Part shown: piece after piece, positions 37,483-47,351 of the stretch
Position numbering within the stretch: position 1 is the first letter of the stretch
How the letters are laid out: each line of letters starts with the position of its first letter
Origin: a virus
Strand: one strand, 5' to 3'
IMG/VR virus record: IMGVR_UViG_3300044470_000095
Location: 5,624 to 69,623 of that record
Length of the DNA: 64,000 nt
Notes under the pieces: model-generated
Told to the model about the DNA's origin: nothing
The model's database searches: none
Seen by the model: the letters and a program-made list of their open reading frames with translations, nothing else
Translations under genes and position numbers: made by a program

Positions 37483-38726
37483 TGCGTGACTACCTGAAGC
37501 GGCTCATTCTGGCCGCAGTATTACTTTGCTTTTATGCGACGAGCTTTGCTAGTGATTTTTCGCAATTTGTCGGAGGGTTCAATTTACAGCCGGCGATTTT
37601 CTTTGCTACGTCAACTACCTACACTATTCCTGTCGCTGGAACGTACCGCGTTTCTGCACTAGGCGGCGGTGGGTCAGGGGCTGCCGCAATTCTAGGCAGC
37701 GGCGGCACCCTAGACGATAACGCAAGCGGTGGTGGTGGTGGTGGATTTACCGAGATCGACGTTTATCTACCAGCTGGTACGACGCTCACAATAACGATAG
37801 GTGCCGGTGGCGCGGGGGCGACCGCGACAGGAGGCAGCAACGCCAATGTTGGCGTTGCTGGCAATGCTGGCGGTACAACCACCGTCACTGCTGCTGGGCT
37901 GTCGTTGTCGGCAACAGGCGGCGGCGGCGGTGGTTACAGCTTTACATCAACTGCCGCAGTGGTAGGTGCTGGCGGTGTCGGTTCGGGCGGTGGCAACAAT
38001 CAGAGCGGCGGCGCGGGTGGTCAAGCGCACTGTTATGGGGGGGTGAGTGGTACACCTGACGAGTGCGCAGGCGGCGGCGGGGCGGCAGGAACAGGTATCG
38101 GAGCCGGCGGAGCGGGCGGAGCGGCAGCTTCTACCTACGCGGGGTATGTCGCTTGTACAGGTGGCGGAGGTGGCGTCGGCGGGAACGCTGGAGGGGCTTG
38201 CACAAATACGACTGCAAGTCCTGCTGCTGGAGGTGGTGGTGGCACAGGCGGCGCGGGCGGCGCGGCAACAAACAATGCCGCCTCCGGCGGAGTAAATAGC
38301 GTTGGTAATGTTTCTCTTACAAGCGCCGATGGAATTCAACGCACAACTCCCGCAGCAACAACTACCAGTAATTCAGTAAATGTTGGATTCGATAGCATTT
38401 TCGATCCGTGGCGGTCCGCTACAGGGGGCGGGTCAGCGGGGATAGTGGCGTCAACGGGGACGAATTCGTCTTATGCGGGCACTGGCGGTGGATTGGGTGG
38501 ATTTTCTCTTTCTTCTAGTGGGACGGTAGGAACCGGGGTCACTCTAGTAGGGGGCACAGGTGGTTGTGCCATGATGACCGTTAGTGTCAGTATTTCTTGT
38601 GCGAATGAGACTTCGTTGTTTGGCGGCGGTAGCGGCGGCGTGGTGGCGCAAGGCGGTACATCGTCCTATACCGCCGTATCAGCCAAAGGCGGAAATGGTC
38701 TAGCAACAATCGAAAGGATCAAATAG
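37482..38726 (+). CDS. Glycine-rich fibre/receptor-binding-type protein with a signal-peptide-like N-terminus
   Basis: TYTIPVAGTYRV.ALGGGGSG; many GGGGG tracts. Confidence 0.8.
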   Translation: MRDYLKRLILAAVLLCFYATSFASDFSQFVGGFNLQPAIFFATSTTYTIPVAGTYRVSALGGGGSGAAAILGSGGTLDDNASGGGGGGFTEIDVYLPAGTTLTITIGAGGAGATATGGSNANVGVAGNAGGTTTVTAAGLSLSATGGGGGGYSFTSTAAVVGAGGVGSGGGNNQSGGAGGQAHCYGGVSGTPDECAGGGGAAGTGIGAGGAGGAAASTYAGYVACTGGGGGVGGNAGGACTNTTASPAAGGGGGTGGAGGAATNNAASGGVNSVGNVSLTSADGIQRTTPAATTTSNSVNVGFDSIFDPWRSATGGGSAGIVASTGTNSSYAGTGGGLGGFSLSSSGTVGTGVTLVGGTGGCAMMTVSVSISCANETSLFGGGSGGVVAQGGTSSYTAVSAKGGNGLATIERIK

Positions 38727-39106
38727 TGGCCATCTACAACATCACAGCAACCGGCCAGAATATCGAAGCCGAAGCCGCTTTCATGGCGGCGCAATATCCG
38801 AGTGGCGGCTACACGCTGGTCACGCCGGACGGCGCATTTGCTCCGTCGCTGGGCACCGTCATCACGCCGCGCGCATTCTTTGACCGCATCGGCGCTGCGA
38901 ACGAGGCGTGGCTTTACGCACAGGCGCAGACCAACTCGACGCTGGAAATGTACAAGGATACGATCTGGAGCGGGCCGGTTGATCTTGCTAATCCCCAGAC
39001 TGCGACAGACTTGACTTATTTGCTGACGCTGACAGGAACGCCGTTCACATCAGCTAGCCTTGTCGCGATAGTGAGTGCGCCGGTTCAAGCGAACGAAGTC
39101 GGCTGA
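38726..39106 (+). CDS. Fibre-associated chaperone-like protein
   Basis: ITPRAFFDR...VDLANP; follows the glycine-rich gene. Confidence 0.65.
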   Translation: MAIYNITATGQNIEAEAAFMAAQYPSGGYTLVTPDGAFAPSLGTVITPRAFFDRIGAANEAWLYAQAQTNSTLEMYKDTIWSGPVDLANPQTATDLTYLLTLTGTPFTSASLVAIVSAPVQANEVG

Positions 39107-39120
39107 AAGCCGTACTAACC

Positions 39121-39264
39121 ATGCAGCCATCTTCCGCAATCGGTGAATTCGCAATCGGGGAAAGCCAGATTGGTGATCCGCCATTCCAATGGGAAAATAC
39201 CATATTCTCACAGTATGCTAATTCTCCGATCATCATGCAACTGCTTGACTATTTCAAATTGTAA
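39121..39264 (+). pseudogene. N-terminal fragment of a DUF2612-like baseplate gene
   Basis: SAIGEFAIGESQIG..TIFSQYANSPII.QL, then stop at 47 aa. Confidence 0.6.
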
Positions 39265-39282
39265 CAAACGAAAATAGATAAA

Positions 39283-39663
39283 ATGGCAACCACACCGCAA
39301 TGGGACGATAGCGTAACAACCTGGGACGAAGCGGATACGTTCTGGGACGTTTCACGACCCGTTGTACAGGATTTGCCGGTAAATCCGAACACGATTTATA
39401 TCGCGTTCAATCCATCGAGTTCATCGAATTTCGTTTTTCAATGCACGCTTGACGGCGCAAATTATGTGGTTGTCGTGACATGGAATTTATTCGGTGAGCG
39501 GTACTACATCAATCTGTACAACACGCAACAAAAATTGATTCTCTGCACTGCGGTTGTTCCTTCGCCAAACACGTTCAATATCTCCCTGACAGGATCGATG
39601 TTCAGCGACTTATTGGTGTATCGCGAAGCATCTGGAAATTTTGAAATCATTCCGCCGACATAA
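39283..39663 (+). CDS. Baseplate plug-type protein with a WD-x5-WD-x5-WD extension
   Basis: TLDGANY..VTWNLFGERYYIN. Confidence 0.7.
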   Translation: MATTPQWDDSVTTWDEADTFWDVSRPVVQDLPVNPNTIYIAFNPSSSSNFVFQCTLDGANYVVVVTWNLFGERYYINLYNTQQKLILCTAVVPSPNTFNISLTGSMFSDLLVYREASGNFEIIPPT

Positions 39664-40652
39664 TGCGATATTACGATATTAAGATTACCGATCCAGATAC
39701 GGGAGATTTGGTAAGAGAATTTTCGTCGCTATACCCGGACGGGACAACGAATTTAGGCGCGTTGAATATCGAACTGGATATGGCCGTTTCCTCTGCGGCC
39801 ATGCCAATGGATCACGGCCAGTTGAAAATATGGGGTATCTCGATAGAGGATATCAGCAACGCAAATAATTTCGCACCACATCTTGCGGATGACAAAACAC
39901 TGACTCCCGGAAAGAAGATTCAAGTATTCGGCGGTATGTCAGATGGATTGCCATTCGCGCAGTCATGGCAGCATGGATTATTATTTTCTGGCGCGATTAA
40001 TCAATGCTTTGGCAACTGGCAGGACATTAATCAAACGCTTGATTTTGTCATTATCCCAACTTATGTTCCCGGCAATAGGCCGGTCAACATTGCATTCGAT
40101 TGGCCGGCAGGACAGCCGATGAGCGTGATGCTTCAAAACACTTTGGCGGTTGCATACCCCGGCTTTCAAATCGAAGTCAATGTAAATCCAAATTTGGTCC
40201 GCAATGCAGCGGAGCCGGGATTTTACGGTAACCTGCAACAGTTCTCGCAGTATTGTAAAGAAAATAGCTTGAGCCTACTTGGCTCGACAAACGGCTATAA
40301 AGGTGTCGATATTGTCGTTCAAAATAACAAGATTACCGCATCCGATTCGTTTAATCCGAGCGTTGATGTAACAGGGATCGAATTGATTGATCTTATCGGG
40401 CAACCGACATGGGTCAACATCAATACGATCACGTTTAAAACCGTCATGCGCGCAGATTTAACGTGGGGCAGCTTAATCTCTCTGCCGACACAGCCAAAAA
40501 CAGGGATGTCGGTGCAAGGCTATTCTGGCGTGCGAGACAGTTCAATTTTCCAGGGCGTTTATCAAATTACCAGTGTTCGGCATATCGGCAACTTTCGCCA
40601 GCCGGACGGGAATTCATGGGTGACGGTTTATGAGGCACTAATTCCCGGATAG
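39663..40652 (+). CDS. Baseplate hub protein
   Basis: MRYYDIKI...DLIGQPTW...HIGNFRQPDGNSWVT. Confidence 0.75.
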   Translation: MRYYDIKITDPDTGDLVREFSSLYPDGTTNLGALNIELDMAVSSAAMPMDHGQLKIWGISIEDISNANNFAPHLADDKTLTPGKKIQVFGGMSDGLPFAQSWQHGLLFSGAINQCFGNWQDINQTLDFVIIPTYVPGNRPVNIAFDWPAGQPMSVMLQNTLAVAYPGFQIEVNVNPNLVRNAAEPGFYGNLQQFSQYCKENSLSLLGSTNGYKGVDIVVQNNKITASDSFNPSVDVTGIELIDLIGQPTWVNINTITFKTVMRADLTWGSLISLPTQPKTGMSVQGYSGVRDSSIFQGVYQITSVRHIGNFRQPDGNSWVTVYEALIPG

Positions 40653-40702
40653 AAACTATTCTGGATCGCCAGCTTATTTACGAAAGTGCCGAGGTTTAGT
40701 AA

Positions 40703-41347
40703 ATGTCAACCGCACAAAAACTGCCGCTTAGTCGGTCACTCAATCGGCTTGCGCAAGGCGTAGTCAATGATGCGTTTCAAAAGTCCGGCCAGGCGCTTCC
40801 TTGCCGTGTGGTGAGGGTAGTTTCATCGAATGTGGTCACGGTTGCATTCCAGGTGAATAGCAAATTCACGTTGCCGCAAGTGACGATCCCGATGGCTGGG
40901 GCGGAATGGATTCGCTACCCAATTCAGCCAGGCAATGGCGGCGTTGTATTCCCCGCCGATGCGCGGCTCGCAGGGATATCGAATATCGGCGGTGGCACTG
41001 CTGATTTGTCGCAACCGGCAAATTTAACGGCATTGGTTTTCTTGCCGTTTGCCGACGCGAAATGGTCAGCAGTTGATTTGCAAGCGGTGACGATTTATGG
41101 GCCGAACGGCGTAGTTTTACGGGATACCGGAAATGCATCGAACATCACTTTGACACCATCCGGGATAGCGATAACAACACCAGAAATTACAGCGAACGTG
41201 CCGACGACAACGATCAACGGAAATGTCACTGTCAACGGGACAATTACTGCAAGCGGTGAGGTAACAGGGAATGGAATCACACTTTCTTCGCACATGCATG
41301 GTGGCGTTCAATCTGGCGGATCGAATACTAGCGGGCCATCTGGTTAA
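40703..41347 (+). CDS. Baseplate spike (gpV/gp138-like)
   Basis: C-terminal SHMHGGVQSG metal-binding tip. Confidence 0.85.
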   Translation: MSTAQKLPLSRSLNRLAQGVVNDAFQKSGQALPCRVVRVVSSNVVTVAFQVNSKFTLPQVTIPMAGAEWIRYPIQPGNGGVVFPADARLAGISNIGGGTADLSQPANLTALVFLPFADAKWSAVDLQAVTIYGPNGVVLRDTGNASNITLTPSGIAITTPEITANVPTTTINGNVTVNGTITASGEVTGNGITLSSHMHGGVQSGGSNTSGPSG

Positions 41348-41356
41348 GGATAAGAA

Positions 41357-41710
41357 ATGGCGTTAAGAACATGGGGCAGAGTATCCGATGAGTACGGGAA
41401 TTTAACATGGCAGGAAGTGACAACAGATGCCAATGGATACAATGACGCAGTGTGGATTACTGCGCTTATCCAAGCGTTGAAACTTAATATCAACGAATCG
41501 CCATTCAATTCAAATTACGGAATCAATGCGCGCCAATCAGTGGTAACGCAGATTTTCCCTGATTTTTACGTCGCACAGACTCAGCGACAATTCTCGCAAT
41601 ACTTCGCAAGCCTGTTGATTTCAAAAGTACAGGGAACAATTGACCCTACTTATAACGTCAGCATCATCACGCATTCCGGCGCAAAAATAATGACACAGAT
41701 TGCAACCTGA
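41357..41710 (+). CDS. Baseplate wedge/sheath initiator (gp25-like position)
   Basis: LKLNINESPF..YGI. Confidence 0.7.
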   Translation: MALRTWGRVSDEYGNLTWQEVTTDANGYNDAVWITALIQALKLNINESPFNSNYGINARQSVVTQIFPDFYVAQTQRQFSQYFASLLISKVQGTIDPTYNVSIITHSGAKIMTQIAT

Positions 41711-41711
41711 C

Positions 41712-43133
41712 ATGAGCATTTCAAATCTAGTTACCGTCACAAGTGCGGGCGCACAGCCACAAACTGCATCCGCGCTAAACGCTCAATTAATCGCGCTTGT
41801 TGCCGCTTCCAATCCTGGCTATACGGTTTTGCCTACCGGATTGATTGAGGATATCTCAAGCACGATTACGGGAGCGGTTTCGTTATGCGATCAAGCCGCT
41901 GTCGAGTTGCTTAACTCGCTTTCTGCGCAAGGGTCGAATCAGTTTTTGCTCAATCAATTGGGAGAGCAAGCTGGCATAGCGCAGGGACAACCGACGAACA
42001 CAAGTGTTTATGTCGTATTCAGCGGGCCGGCTGGCTTTGTGATACCAATCGGTTTTACTGTTTCCGATGGGACTTACCAATATGTCGTTCAAGATGGCGG
42101 CGTAATTGGCGCATCGAATGAGACACCGCCCTTATATACAATTTCGACCACATCGGGATCATTTGCGGTCCCATCTGGCACAGTCGTTGATTTGGTTACT
42201 TCAGTGCCGAGCACAATAAGCCTAACCGTAACAAATCCATCAAACGGCACGCCAGGCGTTGCGACGGGCGAGACGCTAGGCAGCTATCAATCTCGGGTAA
42301 TTCAGGCCAACCAAGCCCCGGCGCAAGGCATGCCAAGCCAATTGCGCACCACGCTCGGTGCTGTTGCTGGGGTACAGGCAAGATTGATTTCGATATTGCA
42401 AGAACCGTCTGGCGGCTGGGAAATTATTGTTGGCGGCGGCGATCCGTACCAAGTCGCCAATGCGATCATGACAGGAATTTTCGACATTAGCACATTGGCC
42501 GGATCACAGCTTGCCGTATCTAATATCACGCAAGCGGCAAATGGCGTAGTGACAACCAATCTCGCGCATGGACTTGCAACCGGCGCAGTTTTGGAATTGA
42601 TTGGCGTGATTGGTATGACCGCTATTAACGGCGTGTCGATGACAATTACTGTTTTAACGCCGACCACATTTGAAACGAACATCAACACAGGTGGATTTGG
42701 CGCGTATGTAAGTGGCGGTGCATTGACGCCGAATCCACGCAATATCATCACATCGCTGAATTATTTCCCCGATACCTATTCGATTGTTTTCGTCAATCCC
42801 CCGCAGCAGACGGTGACGATGACGATCAACTGGCTATCCATTGCGCCGAATTTCGTTCCTGCCGCTACCGTTGCGGCGGCAGTTCAACCGTCAATAGTTG
42901 CATATGTAAATTCCGTTTATGTCGGACAGCCGATGAGTCTGTTGCAATTGAAAGACGCATTTATCAGCGCCCTCCCCACATCGATACCCGAATCCAGTAT
43001 TTCAAAGCTGATTTTCTCTGTTTATATAAATGGCGTGTTGACCGCGCCAAGCGGAGGAAATGAATTGATATATGGTGACTTGGAAAGTTATTTTTTCGCC
43101 GTTAATTCTGGCATCACCGTTTTGAACGCATAG
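41712..43133 (+). CDS. Baseplate J-like protein with an inserted beta-domain
   Basis: GFVIPIGFTVSDG, GETLGSYQSRV, GGGDPYQVANAI. Confidence 0.85.
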   Translation: MSISNLVTVTSAGAQPQTASALNAQLIALVAASNPGYTVLPTGLIEDISSTITGAVSLCDQAAVELLNSLSAQGSNQFLLNQLGEQAGIAQGQPTNTSVYVVFSGPAGFVIPIGFTVSDGTYQYVVQDGGVIGASNETPPLYTISTTSGSFAVPSGTVVDLVTSVPSTISLTVTNPSNGTPGVATGETLGSYQSRVIQANQAPAQGMPSQLRTTLGAVAGVQARLISILQEPSGGWEIIVGGGDPYQVANAIMTGIFDISTLAGSQLAVSNITQAANGVVTTNLAHGLATGAVLELIGVIGMTAINGVSMTITVLTPTTFETNINTGGFGAYVSGGALTPNPRNIITSLNYFPDTYSIVFVNPPQQTVTMTINWLSIAPNFVPAATVAAAVQPSIVAYVNSVYVGQPMSLLQLKDAFISALPTSIPESSISKLIFSVYINGVLTAPSGGNELIYGDLESYFFAVNSGITVLNA

Positions 43134-43135
43134 CC

Positions 43136-43747
43136 ATGTTAAGCCAGACTATACCGTGCTACGTCTATTACGAATTTTCAGACGACGAAAATATTCAGGC
43201 ATTCTTTTCTGCTGCCAATGCGATGACGCAGCAATATGTGTCATGGTTCAATCAAATTTCACTTCCGATTTATACGGGTCTTTCGGGGACTTTGCTTGAT
43301 TGGATTGCGAATAATTTATATGGATACTACCGCCCAACTTTAGGCGGTGCATTAGTATCCGATGATATTATGCAGCGTTGCATGACATGGCAACTCTACA
43401 AAGGCGATGGGAAGACTTTTAATATTGAATGGCTAAAGCGGCGCGTCATGCGTTTTTTAACCGGGGCAAACGGAACCGATCCGGGGATCAATCAAACGTA
43501 TCAGATTAGCGTTACATTCGGAGCGCCGAATATCGTCTATATCAATATTCTTCCTGGTGTTGCGGTATTAAATGGAGGCGCAATTTTTAATGCGTTCCAA
43601 TTCAATCAAAAGCAATTCAACGAAATAGATCAAACTGTCTATAACTATTTGAGTGGCGAACTCCCTATTGTCTTACAAGAGGCGCTTAATTCTCGCGTTA
43701 TAGAATTTCCTTTCCAATATCAAGCCGTAGTGAGTGTGAACACATGA
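43136..43747 (+). CDS. Baseplate wedge protein (gpI/DUF2612-like)
   Basis: LLDWIA..LYG...YKGDGK.FNI.WLKRR. Confidence 0.75.
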   Translation: MLSQTIPCYVYYEFSDDENIQAFFSAANAMTQQYVSWFNQISLPIYTGLSGTLLDWIANNLYGYYRPTLGGALVSDDIMQRCMTWQLYKGDGKTFNIEWLKRRVMRFLTGANGTDPGINQTYQISVTFGAPNIVYINILPGVAVLNGGAIFNAFQFNQKQFNEIDQTVYNYLSGELPIVLQEALNSRVIEFPFQYQAVVSVNT

Positions 43748-44538
43748 GTATTTTTCTGGCTTCAAATAATGCCGTGTCGGAATTGGCTGCGCCAATCACA
43801 AACACGGCAACATCGATTTCGTTGACTGCTGGGACTGGGGCTTTATTTCCAACTCTTGGAGCAGGGCAACAATTCGCACTCACAGTTACCAGCGCATCGA
43901 ATCCAGCTAATATTGAGATCATGTATTGCACGGCGCGATCTGGTGATACTCTAACGGTTTTGCGCGCTCAAGAGCCGGTGGCCGGTGTGCAAACTGCATA
44001 CGCTTTTGCTCTCTACGATTCCGCGATCAATCTTTTTACGGCTGGCACATTCGGCGCATGTCAGCAAACGTCTGAATTTTTAGGGCAATACGAAGTCCCA
44101 TTTTTTCAAGGATATGGCGCAACAGCAAGCGCGCAAATCGTCGGCGACACGCCAGTTACTCAATTTTCAAAAAACATGATTCAGTCGGTATTCTGGTCTT
44201 TCCAGATTTCCACTGCGACGAATTTGGCGAATTCGATAAAAATGCAAATTGCATATACTGGCGATGCAATTGGGAATAATTATTGCATTCAGTTCAAATT
44301 CCAAAATATGACAGGAGCCAATTTGCTTTCTCCGTCATATACAATAACAACCGATATCATTCCGGGGCCAATAGCGGCGGGGACTGAATCATATTATCAA
44401 ACAGTGACGGCAATTATCCCATCATCTGCATTGACTTCCGAAGGATGGGTGAATTGCATTCTCAGTCGGTTGCCGGCAAACGTCAATGACACGAATACCG
44501 GAAATCTCCAAATAATCAACGTAACGATGGGGCAGTAA
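43744..44538 (+). CDS. Short tail-fibre protein (canonical position)
   Basis: FLASNNA..LAAPI...EIMYCTARSGDTLTV.RAQE anchor domain. Confidence 0.75.
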   Translation: MSIFLASNNAVSELAAPITNTATSISLTAGTGALFPTLGAGQQFALTVTSASNPANIEIMYCTARSGDTLTVLRAQEPVAGVQTAYAFALYDSAINLFTAGTFGACQQTSEFLGQYEVPFFQGYGATASAQIVGDTPVTQFSKNMIQSVFWSFQISTATNLANSIKMQIAYTGDAIGNNYCIQFKFQNMTGANLLSPSYTITTDIIPGPIAAGTESYYQTVTAIIPSSALTSEGWVNCILSRLPANVNDTNTGNLQIINVTMGQ

Positions 44539-44539
44539 A

Positions 44540-45394
44540 ATGACAGTATTGTTAGGTTCTGGCGGCTCAAATATCGCCACGCCATTTCCACAAAGTGTGG
44601 CATCGGTATATTGCAATTATCCCCTGGCAAGCGCAGAATGGTCGGCACCGCTGCCGGCGAATGACGGCAGTAGTCTTGTTGTCCCAACCGGGTCTCCGTC
44701 TGTAGCGGTCTATAGCAAAGCAAATGTGCTGCTATATACGTGTTTGCCGACATCAATTAACGCAGCCGCAAATGCCATCGGCGGTATTTTTCTGGATACC
44801 ATTAACGGTGTTGTATGGGTGGTGGCATTAACCGGAACTGCGGGCGTTGGATATCTCGGCACATTTAATTACACGACCGGCGTAGTCACGGCAATAGGGT
44901 CTGGATTCACAGGGCCTACGAATACAATTCCAACGGAATCAAGTGCCGTCAATCTTGTCAACGTCCGAATGGAGCGATCTTCTATCGGTTCTGGTAATTT
45001 GACTATGTGGAATGGGACGTGGAATTTCAGCATATCGACAACTACAGGAGCGATTGTCGTCGCTGAAAACCAATTGAAGCTAAACAGCATCGGATTGGCC
45101 GCAGGAGGAAGCTGGAATTACTCGACGCTAGACAAAACACTGTTTGCAAAAATTGCAGGGGAAGCCTCAACTAATATTTGCTCAATGACTATTTTTAGAA
45201 ACGGAAGACAGGTCAGTTTATCGTTTGATGCGAGCGGTGTCGGTGGGTTTGAAAACAATACAGTTTCATCTCCCATAATGCAATGGGGGGCGAATCAAGT
45301 TTGGTTGACCGGGCAACAGGGCATCGCAATGTATGTTAGCGCTTCGTTCGACCAGTGGCTACAAAATATTGCGACAGCACTAGGTATGCCATAA
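44540..45394 (+). CDS. Putative tail-associated beta-rich protein
   Basis: Coupled to the fibre gene; S/T/G-rich. Confidence 0.6.
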   Translation: MTVLLGSGGSNIATPFPQSVASVYCNYPLASAEWSAPLPANDGSSLVVPTGSPSVAVYSKANVLLYTCLPTSINAAANAIGGIFLDTINGVVWVVALTGTAGVGYLGTFNYTTGVVTAIGSGFTGPTNTIPTESSAVNLVNVRMERSSIGSGNLTMWNGTWNFSISTTTGAIVVAENQLKLNSIGLAAGGSWNYSTLDKTLFAKIAGEASTNICSMTIFRNGRQVSLSFDASGVGGFENNTVSSPIMQWGANQVWLTGQQGIAMYVSASFDQWLQNIATALGMP

Positions 45395-45403
45395 GGAATC
45401 ATC

Positions 45404-46435
45404 ATGCTAAACTATTACGGCCTGCTGGCCGTTTTTTTATACGCGATCACTTTGTGCTTGAGCGCATGTGGCGGCGGCGGTTCGACTTCGGAAGTAGTTT
45501 CGACTCCTGCGCAATTCGTTGAGATGCTATGGAATCCAGGACCAATATATCGCGCATCAACGCCGCAGGATGGGGATAAATACGGGATTTGCGACGTGTC
45601 GCAGCTTGTAGATATGTCCGAATCCGGCAATGTAGGAAATCCAATTTCCAATGTGCTGGAAAAATGCACAGACGGCACATTGGAAACTCCGAATTGGCAT
45701 TCCCCCTCGTTCTATAACAATACTGCGGGATGGGATGCTGCGCATTTTCAGCAATCGCCCGGTTGGAATGTTGAGGTCTTGAGCGGCGGTTCCGGCGCGC
45801 AGATGACACTCAGAATAACAGACGACGCGCAAGCCAACGGCGCGGATTGCGTATTGCGCGAGGTCTCGGTTTCATATGTTGACCCTAATCGGAACCTTGC
45901 CCAATGGCCTGGTTGGAGTAATCCAATCACGGTTCCGAATACCGTATTCAAATCCGAATACGACATCGAAAAATTTGCTAGCATTACAGGATCGTTTTCG
46001 GCAAAACTGGATTCGATATCTACTACGTCAGGATGCGCGGCATATCCAACGAACCTCATCGACAACGATGTGGCGATTCAATATTTTGATGCCGCTGGCA
46101 ATATTCTGCGCACCGACGTTCTAGGAGTTGCGATCTACGACCAGGGCGATAGCCACATATCGAACTCCGATTTGTTCTATTCAAACGGTTGCATTCAATC
46201 TTCCCCGATTTGCCAAGCCATCGTTGACGGACATCAGATTGGCATCCCGAGTCTTACTTCAGAATGGCAGTACTACAGCATCGAATACAAGCAACTCTTT
46301 GCGAGATATTTTCCCGCGCCTCCGGCTAGTTCCGCTTCGTCAAAGTGGATTCTATTTGAAGCATATTCAAGTAATCGAGATGGCAGTTCTATTTTTGAAA
46401 TCACCGATATGGATTTGAAAGGGGTTCCGCTGTGA
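45404..46435 (+). CDS. Lipoprotein
   Basis: LSAC-GGGGS lipobox; several Cys. Confidence 0.75.
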   Translation: MLNYYGLLAVFLYAITLCLSACGGGGSTSEVVSTPAQFVEMLWNPGPIYRASTPQDGDKYGICDVSQLVDMSESGNVGNPISNVLEKCTDGTLETPNWHSPSFYNNTAGWDAAHFQQSPGWNVEVLSGGSGAQMTLRITDDAQANGADCVLREVSVSYVDPNRNLAQWPGWSNPITVPNTVFKSEYDIEKFASITGSFSAKLDSISTTSGCAAYPTNLIDNDVAIQYFDAAGNILRTDVLGVAIYDQGDSHISNSDLFYSNGCIQSSPICQAIVDGHQIGIPSLTSEWQYYSIEYKQLFARYFPAPPASSASSKWILFEAYSSNRDGSSIFEITDMDLKGVPL

Positions 46436-46887
46436 ATGCACCGACAAACGAACATTTACTCAAACGCACGCTCACGATTCAGGTCTTCGCGCCAGATCAC
46501 CCAGATCGCAGCAATACGCCTGTTTTCGAGCATACACGCAAGCTGCTTATCAAAGACAATCCAGTGGCGAAATGCTCGGTCGATAACGGACATTGCGATC
46601 ATAATCACCCGCTTGAACTACATCATGCGCATGTCGAATGGTGCGACAGCTTGGGCGTGGATTGGGCAAAAGTTGCGCTCGCCGTGCCAGATTTCGATTG
46701 GGCTTCATTCGATCCGGCGCATCCTGAAACATTCATTGACAGCAAATGGAACGCCAACGTAGTGCTGTGCAAGAAGCACCACACCGGCGCGGATCACGGA
46801 ATTCATTGTCTGGATGGGCCAACATTCCAGATGCAGAAATTTCAAAAAACAGATTTCGTATTTTCGCCTGACGAAGAGTCCACATGA
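46432..46887 (+). CDS. HNH-like His/Cys protein
   Basis: PLELHH..VEW...VLCKKHHTG..GIH. Confidence 0.65.
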   Translation: MNAPTNEHLLKRTLTIQVFAPDHPDRSNTPVFEHTRKLLIKDNPVAKCSVDNGHCDHNHPLELHHAHVEWCDSLGVDWAKVALAVPDFDWASFDPAHPETFIDSKWNANVVLCKKHHTGADHGIHCLDGPTFQMQKFQKTDFVFSPDEEST

Positions 46888-47351
46888 ACGCATTCTCTCA
46901 CGATCCGGAACGCCGGAAAAATCCGCGATCAACCATGACGCACGATCAATTTCAGGAATTCACGATGGAAAGCCTCGAAGAAGGTAAAAAGCAATTCACT
47001 GAAATCAAGAGCGATGTCGCAACACTGACCGGGCACGTCACGAAATTGACCGGGCACATCGAGACATTGACATCGGCGCTTTCCGAGAATACCGAGCTGA
47101 CAAAGCAAACCGCAGTGCTTGCGCAGAAAACAGCCGACGATACTGCTGACCTTGTAAAGATTTCAAAATTCGGCAAAAAAGTATCGATTTGGGGTAGACT
47201 TACAGCGGCATTTGTTGCCGGGCGAGTCCGATGGGCAAGTAGTTTATCGAAGTTGCTTGCGCCGATTTTAATCGTGATCGCCATCGCTACAGCCATGTAC
47301 CACGGTGACAAAATTTCGTGGAAACAAATTCTTGAGGTAATTTCAAAATGA
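46884..47351 (+). CDS. Coiled-coil membrane protein (holin/antiholin-like)
   Basis: Coiled coil plus C-terminal TM segment; precedes the endolysin. Confidence 0.55.
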   Translation: MNAFSHDPERRKNPRSTMTHDQFQEFTMESLEEGKKQFTEIKSDVATLTGHVTKLTGHIETLTSALSENTELTKQTAVLAQKTADDTADLVKISKFGKKVSIWGRLTAAFVAGRVRWASSLSKLLAPILIVIAIATAMYHGDKISWKQILEVISK

